The notes below the pieces were generated by a model. That model did no database searches and was not told the origin of the DNA. It was given only the letters and a program-made list of their open reading frames with translations. A stretch of DNA of 14,505 bases from Candidatus Latescibacterota bacterium (GTDB lineage: Bacteria; Latescibacterota; UBA2968). Where the stretch lies: assembly GCA_038279365.1 (NCBI GenBank), contig JAYODI010000030.1, forward strand, positions 17,559-32,063, read 5' to 3'. Position numbers and translations under genes: made by a program. Positions 7,585 through 14,505 of the stretch are shown piece after piece. Each line of letters starts with the position of its first letter. The stretch's first letter is position 1.

Positions 7585-8649
7585 ATGCCCATTCAGCAAA
7601 CAGAAACCCATGCCGAATTAACCGCCCCAGAAACCGTTCACAGCTATCCACGTTCCAACCGCATCAAAGGCATTCGCCTCGATCTCACCTCGCGAAGAAC
7701 CGACGCCTTTGGCAGTGACATTTGGCCCATCACCTGGGCCGATGACGACCACCAATATTCGGGCTTTGGAGATGGGGCCGGGTTTGAGGCCATTGACTAC
7801 AAAGAACAATACGGCCCTCACCGCGTTTCATTGGGCGTTGCACGCATCGAAGGCGATCCCAACACCTACAAAGGCATCAACGTTTGGGGCGGTAAAAACC
7901 ACGAAAACCCCGCACAATTCACAGGCAAATCCACAGGCATCATTTGTATCAATGGCGTTCTCTATAAATTTTGGGCAGGCCCAGAATCAAACACCGTACC
8001 CGAAACACGCATCGCTGTTTCATATGACCATTCCAAAACATGGCAGTTGCAAGAATGGAAATGGACCATGCAAGATCGCCTCTTTTCTGGCACCTTCATC
8101 AACTTTGGCAAAAACAATGCGGGGGCCAAAGACAATTATGCTTATGCCCTTTTCTCACGACTCACACAAATACCAGAAGAACCACGCAACTGGCAATATG
8201 AAGTGCCAGGTCAAGTCGATCTGGCCCGCGTTCCCACAGATCACATCTTAAAAAAAGATGCATGGCAATGGTATTGCGGCTTAGATCAAAACGACCAACC
8301 CAAATGGTCCTCTAACTTGCAAGACCGCCAACCCACATTTCAAGACCCTTCAGGCATCAAAATCGTAAGCTGTTCGCACCATGCCCAATCAGACCGCTTT
8401 CTCCTTTCTTATAGCTTTCGTGACACCAATGGCAACTTTGGCCTCTTCGAAGCCCAAAACCCTTGGGGGCCGTGGCACGTTGTTTCCTATGTTGAAGATT
8501 TCGACACCTTCAAACCACCCGAACCCTGTCACCGTGTGTGCACCTTTCACTTTGCACCCAAATGGTGGCGCAACAATGGAAACACATTCACCCTGGTCTT
8601 CAATGTGGCCGATGATTCGTGGAACACCATTCATGGCGAACTCGTCTAA
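7585..8649 (+). CDS. DUF4185-like predicted beta-propeller protein (possible glycoside hydrolase)
   Basis: GSDIWPITWADDDHQYSGFGDG, Asp-box-like SYDHSKTW, NFGKNNAGAKDNYAY, LARVP...WQWY and FEAQNPWGPW resemble DUF4185-type proteins. 9 nt after the upstream stop, with AGGAC RBS. Family assigned from memory of motifs. Confidence 0.65.
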   Translation: MPIQQTETHAELTAPETVHSYPRSNRIKGIRLDLTSRRTDAFGSDIWPITWADDDHQYSGFGDGAGFEAIDYKEQYGPHRVSLGVARIEGDPNTYKGINVWGGKNHENPAQFTGKSTGIICINGVLYKFWAGPESNTVPETRIAVSYDHSKTWQLQEWKWTMQDRLFSGTFINFGKNNAGAKDNYAYALFSRLTQIPEEPRNWQYEVPGQVDLARVPTDHILKKDAWQWYCGLDQNDQPKWSSNLQDRQPTFQDPSGIKIVSCSHHAQSDRFLLSYSFRDTNGNFGLFEAQNPWGPWHVVSYVEDFDTFKPPEPCHRVCTFHFAPKWWRNNGNTFTLVFNVADDSWNTIHGELV

Positions 8650-8653
8650 CATT

Positions 8654-8718
8654 TAATTCGCCAAATATTACGAATTATACTATATTATTTACAATAATTC
8701 GCAATAGGAGACGATTTA
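8654..8718. promoter_or_regulatory. Two palindromic operators (TAATTCG-N10-CGAWTTA) and AT-rich promoter region of hipBA
   Basis: Site 1 (8654-8677) TAATTCG-CCAAATATTA-CGAATTA is a perfect inverted repeat. Site 2 (8695-8718) TAATTCG-CAATAGGAGA-CGATTTA has one mismatch and encloses the AGGAG RBS. -10-like hexamers TATACT/TATATT/TACAAT lie between them. Confidence 0.75.
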
Positions 8719-9062
8719 TGCGTATCGAATCATATCTCAACGATGAAGCTGTATTAAGTGAAATAGGCCAGCGCTTAACCAATCGTCGGATTGAACTTGG
8801 ACATACACAAGCCGATCTTGCCGAGCAAGCAGGCATTTCAAAACGCACAGTAGAGCGAATTGAAGCTGGCAAGCCAACTCAAATAACCAATATCATTCGC
8901 ATTCTCAGAATTTTGGGTTGGTTGGAAAATTTGGAACGCCTCATGCCAGAAACGGGCCCAAGTCCCATGGATCTTCTAAAACACAAGGGCAAAAAACGAC
9001 AACGTGCATCTGGGCAACATGCTCCATCAAATGAACCATGGACCTGGAGTGACAAAACATGA
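8718..9062 (+). CDS. hipB: XRE-family HTH transcriptional regulator, HipB-like antitoxin
   Basis: IGQRLTNRRIELGHTQADLAEQAGISKRTVERIEAG is an HTH_3/XRE motif. AGGAG RBS before ATG 8718 (the track's 8619 start overlaps the upstream gene). ATGA overlap with hipA. Confidence 0.85.
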   Translation: MRIESYLNDEAVLSEIGQRLTNRRIELGHTQADLAEQAGISKRTVERIEAGKPTQITNIIRILRILGWLENLERLMPETGPSPMDLLKHKGKKRQRASGQHAPSNEPWTWSDKT

Positions 9063-10372
9063 GCACCGTAGCCGAAGTCAAACTCTGGGGGCGAACCATC
9101 GGTGCTGTTGCGCTACCTGATAACTCAGAAACAGCCTCCTTTGAATACGACCCAAATTTTGTAAGCAGCAATATTCAAGTATCTCCATTAAAAATGCCAT
9201 TGTCCCAACAAGTCTACACATTCCCAGCACTCTCACAACAAACTTTTCACGGATTGCCAGGTCTTCTTGCCGATTCTCTTCCAGACAGATTTGGCAACGC
9301 GCTCATTGATACATGGCTCGCCAGACAAGGCCGACAACCCGAATCTTTCAATGCCGTTGAACGACTCTGCTATATCGGAAATCGAGGGCTTGGCGCACTT
9401 GAGTTTTTACCTGCTTTGGGGCCAACCACACAACAAACAGATCGCATACAAGTCGATCAACTTGTTGAACTGGCATCTGAAATATTGATGCAACGTGAAA
9501 ACCTAAACACATCGTTTGACAGCAACGTGAACGAAAATGCTTTTAGAGATATCCTAAAGGTGGGTACATCGGCAGGCGGAGCCAGAGCAAAAGCCGTGAT
9601 TGCTTGGAACCCAAAAACAAATGAAGTTCGATCAGGGCAAGTTCAAGCACCTGAAGGTTTTGAATATTGGCTTTTAAAGTTCGATGGGGTGAATGGAAAC
9701 AAAGACAAGGAACTTGCAGACCCACAAGGATATGGGATAATTGAATATGCCTATTATCAAATGGCAACAGATGCTGGTATCACCATGAATCCTTGTAGGA
9801 TTTTTGAAGAAAATGGCAGATGCCACTTTATGACCAAACGATTTGATCGAACAGATGGTGGTGAAAAAATTCACATGCAATCACTGTGTGCATTGGCACA
9901 CTTCGATTTCAATCTGGCGGGTGCCTATAGTTATGAGCAGGCACTCCTAACCATCCGCCAACTGAATCTTCCTATGGATACAATCGAAGAACAATTCCGT
10001 CGAATGACCTTCAACATTATTGCACGCAATCAAGATGATCATGTTAAAAATATTGCATTTTTAATGAACAAATCAGGTCAATGGTCGCTCTCTCCGGCTT
10101 ACGATGTAACCTACAGTTACCAACCATCAGGCCAATGGACCTCAAGCCACCAGATGACCCTCAATGGCAAACGTGATCATTTCACACGTGAAGACTTCAA
10201 GGCTTGTGCCAAATCGGCCGCTATGAAACGCGGTCGTGCAGAATCTATCATTGACGAAGTAAGCAATATAATCACACATTGGCCCGACTATGCAGATCGT
10301 GCTGGTATTCCTCCAAACAGACGAGATCATATTCACCGTACATTAAGACTGGAAATAGGAAAACAAAAATGA
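9059..10372 (+). CDS. hipA: HipA-family Ser/Thr kinase toxin (type II TA)
   Basis: N-terminal couple_hipA domain (VKLWGRTIGAV...FEYDP...LADSLPDRFG), Gly-rich loop GTSAGGARAK, WLLKF, catalytic NQDDHVKN and Mg-binding LSPAYDV. Confidence 0.95.
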   Translation: MSTVAEVKLWGRTIGAVALPDNSETASFEYDPNFVSSNIQVSPLKMPLSQQVYTFPALSQQTFHGLPGLLADSLPDRFGNALIDTWLARQGRQPESFNAVERLCYIGNRGLGALEFLPALGPTTQQTDRIQVDQLVELASEILMQRENLNTSFDSNVNENAFRDILKVGTSAGGARAKAVIAWNPKTNEVRSGQVQAPEGFEYWLLKFDGVNGNKDKELADPQGYGIIEYAYYQMATDAGITMNPCRIFEENGRCHFMTKRFDRTDGGEKIHMQSLCALAHFDFNLAGAYSYEQALLTIRQLNLPMDTIEEQFRRMTFNIIARNQDDHVKNIAFLMNKSGQWSLSPAYDVTYSYQPSGQWTSSHQMTLNGKRDHFTREDFKACAKSAAMKRGRAESIIDEVSNIITHWPDYADRAGIPPNRRDHIHRTLRLEIGKQK

Positions 10373-10485
10373 TGCATCTCAGAAACGCCAAACCTGACGA
10401 TCAAAATAACCTATTGCCATTGATACAAAAATTCGCGTCCAGTGTGGAAGATGCCGACCAATTTTGGAAAAGTTATCGCAAATAA
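10369..10485 (+). pseudogene. 38-aa mini-ORF coupled to hipA, resembling a truncated GNAT acetyltransferase
   Basis: ATG at 10369 overlaps the hipA TGA (ATGA), with AGGA upstream. MMHLRNAKPDDQNNLLPLIQKFASS resembles the GNAT beta1-alpha1 start (IRxAxxxD...l..l). No acetyl-CoA-binding motif A before TAA. Confidence 0.5.
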
Positions 10486-10497
10486 AGGACACGGCTC

Positions 10498-11940
10498 ATG
10501 ACCCCCCAAAACCTCCTCTTTATCTGCTCCGACGAACACCAGCGCAATGCCAGCAGATGTTATGGCAACCCCATTGTACAAACCCCAAATATCGACCGTT
10601 TGGCACAACGCGGCACCCGCTTCACCAACGCCTACACCAACTCACCCATATGTGTTCCTGCACGTGCTGTTTTGGCATCAGGTTATTATGCACATCAAAC
10701 AGGTCACTGGGACAATGCCTTCCCCTATTATGGCGAACCCCAAGGTTGGGGTCATCGCCTCCAAGAAGCAGGTCATCGCGTCGACTCTATTGGCAAGCTC
10801 CATTACCGCAGCCATAACGATGACAATGGATTGACCAACGAAATAGAAGCCATGTATGTGGCCGAAGGCATTGGTGAAATTATCAGTTGCTTGCGCGAGA
10901 AAACACCCGATCGCCAAGGTCGTGGAGGTATTCTCAATGCAGGCCCCGGTGAATCGCAATATTTACAATACGACGCCCGAACCGCCAACAACACCTGCCA
11001 ATGGCTCACCGACCATGCCCACGATGAAAAACCATGGGCTCTCTTTGCCTCATTTGTTTGCCCACATCCCCCATTCACGGCCCCCCAAGAGTGTTATGAT
11101 CTCTATCCACACGACCAAATGCCTTTGCCAACCCATTGGCACTTTGAAGACTGGCCCCACCATCCCGCCCTCGATTACTTTCGCCAACACTTTGGCTGGC
11201 AAGAACCCTTCAACGAAGCCACCATCCGCAAAGCCATGGCCACCTACTATGCCCTTTGTACGTATGTCGATCAACAAATTGGCAAAGTGCTTAATACCCT
11301 TGGTGAGCAAAACCTCACCGACAACACCCGCATTATTTATACATCTGACCACGGAGCTATGATGGGTGCACACGGTCTTTTTGGTAAATTTCAAATGTAC
11401 GACGATGCCGCAGCCATCCCCTTCATCACAGCCGGGCCAGACATACCCCAAAACAAAGTGGTCAACACACCCATCTCACTTGTCGATTGTTATCCCACCA
11501 TCCTTGAATCATTTAACCTCGCACCCCATGACCATACTCGCCCCGGACAATCGCTCTTCTCAATTGCAAACGCGTCCGACCAGCACCGATACATCTTCAG
11601 TGAATACCACGCAGCAGGCACCAAAAATGGCATCTACATGATCACCGATGGACAACACAAATACATTCACTATACACACGATGTAGGTCAATTTTTTGAC
11701 CTCAAAAACGACCCTCAAGAACGCCAAAATTTATACGCCTCGCCCGAGCATCAACAACTCATTGGTGAATTTCAAAGAGAACTCTACACTCTCCTCAACC
11801 CCGAAGAGATTGATGCAAAGGCCAAAGCCGATCAATGGGCCAAAATAGAAGCCTTTGGTGGTGAAGAAGCCGTCGTCAAACGCGGCCTCAGCAACTCACC
11901 CATTCCTGGCACCAAACCTGTCTTTCAATACTTTAAATAA
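10498..11940 (+). CDS. Cys-type formylglycine-dependent sulfatase (S1, choline-sulfatase-like)
   Basis: NLLFICSDEH, signature CVPARAVLASG (CxPxR), GKLH, PHPP, TSDHG, GKFQMY, DLKNDPQE. No signal peptide. AAGGAC RBS. Confidence 0.93.
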   Translation: MTPQNLLFICSDEHQRNASRCYGNPIVQTPNIDRLAQRGTRFTNAYTNSPICVPARAVLASGYYAHQTGHWDNAFPYYGEPQGWGHRLQEAGHRVDSIGKLHYRSHNDDNGLTNEIEAMYVAEGIGEIISCLREKTPDRQGRGGILNAGPGESQYLQYDARTANNTCQWLTDHAHDEKPWALFASFVCPHPPFTAPQECYDLYPHDQMPLPTHWHFEDWPHHPALDYFRQHFGWQEPFNEATIRKAMATYYALCTYVDQQIGKVLNTLGEQNLTDNTRIIYTSDHGAMMGAHGLFGKFQMYDDAAAIPFITAGPDIPQNKVVNTPISLVDCYPTILESFNLAPHDHTRPGQSLFSIANASDQHRYIFSEYHAAGTKNGIYMITDGQHKYIHYTHDVGQFFDLKNDPQERQNLYASPEHQQLIGEFQRELYTLLNPEEIDAKAKADQWAKIEAFGGEEAVVKRGLSNSPIPGTKPVFQYFK

Positions 11941-11968
11941 ATACCGACACACCTTGTTCGCACCCCAT

Positions 11969-11992
11969 CACAAAGGAATAAATTCCTTCGTG
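11969..11992. repeat. REP-like palindrome
   Basis: CACAAAGGAAT-AA-ATTCCTTCGTG: 11-bp arms with one mismatch and no T-tract. Confidence 0.6.
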
Positions 11993-12022
11993 TTCACGGG
12001 CCAAACCCAAAAAGGATAAAAC

Positions 12023-12796
12023 ATGAACCAAACCCTCAAAGAACTTCTCGCTATTGAAAACCAAATTGGCATGTGCTGGTTGGGCAATTTAAGCTGGCTC
12101 ATTCGCGCCGAAGGAAAACTCATTGCCATCGACCTCGATTTAGATCGCCCAAATCGCATACAACCTTCACCCATCCCCACAACCGACATTGCACAAGCAC
12201 TCGATGTTCATTTTATCACCCACGAACATGGTGATCATTTTAGCGATGCCACATCAGGCATTTTGTCAGAACAATCGGATTGCACCTTTGTGGTGCCTGC
12301 AAACTGTGTGGAAAAAGCAAAAAAAATTGGCATCCCTAAAAACCGAACAGTGGTGGCACGTCCGCATCATCCGTTTACCATCAAAGGCATCCACGTAGAA
12401 CCCCAACGCGCCCTACATGGTCACACCAACTTTACCGTTTATCGCCGTGCCAACCTCGAAGACTGTGGGTATGTGTTTACCCTCCACAACCGCAAAGTCT
12501 TTCAACCCGGTGACACCGTTCTGTTGCAAGAACACCTTGAAGACTTTGAAGATGTCAGCGTCCTCTTTGTCTCACCCACCTTACACAACATGCACCTCAC
12601 CGCATCCAAAACATTCATAGAAACCATTCAACCCGACTTCATATTCCCCCAACACTTTAATACTTATGAACCCACCGAACAAAACAGTTATTGGACGGTC
12701 GGTTATCCCGACGAATTACACACATCTTTATCACCCAACTTTCAAAACAAGTTTTTTAAACTCGAACAAGGCCATGTATTCACCATCGATTCCTAA
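12023..12796 (+). CDS. MBL-fold metallo-hydrolase (UlaG-like)
   Basis: CWLGNLSWLI...IAID start, THEHGDH (HxHxDH), ALHGH, PGDT, PQH. AAGGA RBS. Confidence 0.88.
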   Translation: MNQTLKELLAIENQIGMCWLGNLSWLIRAEGKLIAIDLDLDRPNRIQPSPIPTTDIAQALDVHFITHEHGDHFSDATSGILSEQSDCTFVVPANCVEKAKKIGIPKNRTVVARPHHPFTIKGIHVEPQRALHGHTNFTVYRRANLEDCGYVFTLHNRKVFQPGDTVLLQEHLEDFEDVSVLFVSPTLHNMHLTASKTFIETIQPDFIFPQHFNTYEPTEQNSYWTVGYPDELHTSLSPNFQNKFFKLEQGHVFTIDS

Positions 12797-12954
12797 TGTT
12801 CGCACCCCATTCACACATAAAAATAACATGCCTTTTTTTATGGCTTTTGTAGAATTCCTAATGATCAAAATAATAATAATCAAAAGCTATTTTTATAATC
12901 AAAAAAACACCTCATCTCATTCTGGCACAAATCCTGTTTTTTCCCACTTAATTT

Positions 12955-14505
12955 TTATGTTCTCTTTTGGGTTTTCTCTCTTTCATTCAGCCACGGAACA
13001 ATTCTTCTTTGTGCTTCATTATAACCCACCTGAACAATATTATCGGCCTCTTTAAACCCAAGGATATCAAAATGCTCAACAGGCATAGATATGTAAACAT
13101 CGGTGAGTTTTTCTACAATGCCTTTGAGTTGCAAAACGGCACCAATTTCAGCAGATCTTTGCATAATCGTCGGCAGGGTAGGCATCTTGATCTTCTCTAC
13201 AAATGGGTTCATTTTGCTAAAAATCAAATCCCAACCAGACAAGGTATCTCCAAATGTCATGTTTTCACCCATATCAACAATTGGGCTGACGTCAATGGCA
13301 ATCACCGTGCCCCCATCACACATCTGGCTCATCACATCAATGGGTAGGTTGTTGAGAAGTGCCCCATCCACATGCAGGTCTCCATCAAATACCACCGGCG
13401 GAAGAACGGCCGGAAGCCCACCACTCACACGCACAGCCTTCCACAAGGCGCCCGTGCGATGGGTCTTAACTTCTGCTCGCGTCAAATTGCTTGACACACA
13501 GAAAAATGGAATCCAAAGGTCTTCAATCTGGGTATCATTACCCAAACATTCTTTGATATCATGAACAAGAATACCATCGGCAAATATCGACGTGACCGGC
13601 GGCGTAAGGTGAAAGTGCCAACGGGAAAATATCTTTCGGGTAGCTTGAATCATGGTTTTGATGTCCCATCCATTTGCATACCCTATCGCGTATACACTTG
13701 AGACATAAGCACCCATGCTGTTTCCGCCAATAATATCAATTGGCAGTCCGGCTTCTTGCATTGTGCGAATCACACCAAAGTGAGCAAAACCACGTGCACC
13801 CCCACCTCCAAGGCATAACCCAACGGCCTTGCCCGCAATAAATCGCGCCAACCGCTCAAAATCACCATCTAAATTCCAACGAATATGATAATGCTTGGAG
13901 ATTTGCCGAGCATTGAGCCATTTGATCGTTCCTTTGGGTTGTTGCTCACCATCTGGATAAAGCAAAACCAGATCTTTCCGAACGGTAGCAATTTTATTGA
14001 CATGGGCTTCAAATAAAGTCTGTGTGGGGTCATCGGTGGCTTGACCAACAAATATGATGCGGTCGGCTTGTCGAATTGCGCGCTGCGTCCAAGCCGACAT
14101 TTCTCCATCCACTTGATAAACCACAAAACAATTGTCCGCTTCGTGATGATCGAGCCAAGCAGCGAGTTTGATATTCAATGGGTTGTCAGTATCTGCTTGG
14201 GCGATATTTCGAACGCCGAGAATAGAATCAACACGCCCACTGCTAAGATGTATCGATGAATCGAGTTTGTGGAGCGCGGCAACAAAACGTTCGGTAAACT
14301 GTGTCAACGGCACATCGGAATTAATGGGAACAACCGCAATATTGGTTACATTTTGCGGCCGAGTTCTCGAAAGTTGCGCGCGCCGTAACCGACCAATTAC
14401 AATTTTTGTAATCTGCCGAATGACGTTGGGATACTTATCCATCAACCGATCAAAACCTGCCTTAGAAAATTTTACCAAAGCAGTATCACGAACCGCTGCA
14501 ACATC
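12955..14505 (-). CDS. cNMP-binding domain + patatin-like phospholipase (NTE/RssA family); 5'-partial
   Basis: Frame is open to the window edge (DVAAVRDTALVKFSKAGF, the end of a cyclic-nucleotide-binding domain). It has the NTE-type middle region (WTQRAIRQAD), oxyanion GGGGARG, nucleophile GNSMG and catalytic DGA. Confidence 0.92.
   Translation of the reverse strand, partial: DVAAVRDTALVKFSKAGFDRLMDKYPNVIRQITKIVIGRLRRAQLSRTRPQNVTNIAVVPINSDVPLTQFTERFVAALHKLDSSIHLSSGRVDSILGVRNIAQADTDNPLNIKLAAWLDHHEADNCFVVYQVDGEMSAWTQRAIRQADRIIFVGQATDDPTQTLFEAHVNKIATVRKDLVLLYPDGEQQPKGTIKWLNARQISKHYHIRWNLDGDFERLARFIAGKAVGLCLGGGGARGFAHFGVIRTMQEAGLPIDIIGGNSMGAYVSSVYAIGYANGWDIKTMIQATRKIFSRWHFHLTPPVTSIFADGILVHDIKECLGNDTQIEDLWIPFFCVSSNLTRAEVKTHRTGALWKAVRVSGGLPAVLPPVVFDGDLHVDGALLNNLPIDVMSQMCDGGTVIAIDVSPIVDMGENMTFGDTLSGWDLIFSKMNPFVEKIKMPTLPTIMQRSAEIGAVLQLKGIVEKLTDVYISMPVEHFDILGFKEADNIVQVGYNEAQRRIVPWLNEREKTQKRT

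Larger units (their letters stand above)
11955..12810. repeat. 14-bp direct repeat TGTTCGCACCCCAT flanking the MBL-fold gene
   Basis: Exact copies at 11955-11968 and 12797-12810. Both are followed by CACA (one extra T in the second copy). Confidence 0.85.

Noticed and set aside
8644..8650. GTCTAAC (RYYYAAC) overlapping a stop codon just before hipBA, suggesting an integron attC site
   Set aside because: No complementary GTTRRRY within the following ~140 nt, no attC-like stem, no repeated attC sites and no integrase.
12023..12796. MBL-fold gene as a beta-lactamase resistance cassette
   Set aside because: No signal peptide, and the motif layout (WLG..S, THEHGDH, GDT, PQH) fits UlaG-like hydrolases rather than class B beta-lactamases.
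11955..12810. Direct repeats as a CRISPR array or IS target-site duplication
   Set aside because: Only two 14-bp copies 842 bp apart, with no cas genes, terminal inverted repeats or transposase.
12816..12842. CATAAAAA...TTTTTATG inverted repeat as a terminator
   Set aside because: The stem is almost entirely A/T with an 11-nt loop, too weak to call.
64..14259. Numerous 60-210 aa alternative-frame and antisense ORFs in the track
   Set aside because: They lie within well-supported genes, lack RBSs or motifs, and are explained as shadow ORFs from the C/A-rich codon bias.

Overview
Bacterial genomic window with a strong C/A bias on the + strand. Nearly all genes run on +. In order: a 5'-truncated fused Opp/Dpp-family ABC permease+ATPase, a second ABC ATPase, a Tat-exported calcineurin-like metallophosphoesterase, an unannotated MacB/FtsX-family permease remnant, a secreted PemA-like pectin methylesterase (CE8), a tandem two-domain alpha/beta-hydrolase, a DUF4185-like protein, a compositionally foreign hipB-hipA toxin-antitoxin module with two palindromic operators and a coupled 38-aa GNAT-like mini-ORF, a Cys-type sulfatase, and a UlaG-like MBL-fold hydrolase bracketed by a 14-bp direct repeat. 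A convergent, 5'-truncated cNMP-binding/patatin (NTE-family) gene ends the window on the - strand. Overall it looks like a de-esterification/desulfation (glycan-trimming) neighbourhood that has gained and lost genes. No rRNA, tRNA, CRISPR array, transposase or integrase was seen. All product calls come from motif recognition by eye, not from database searches.
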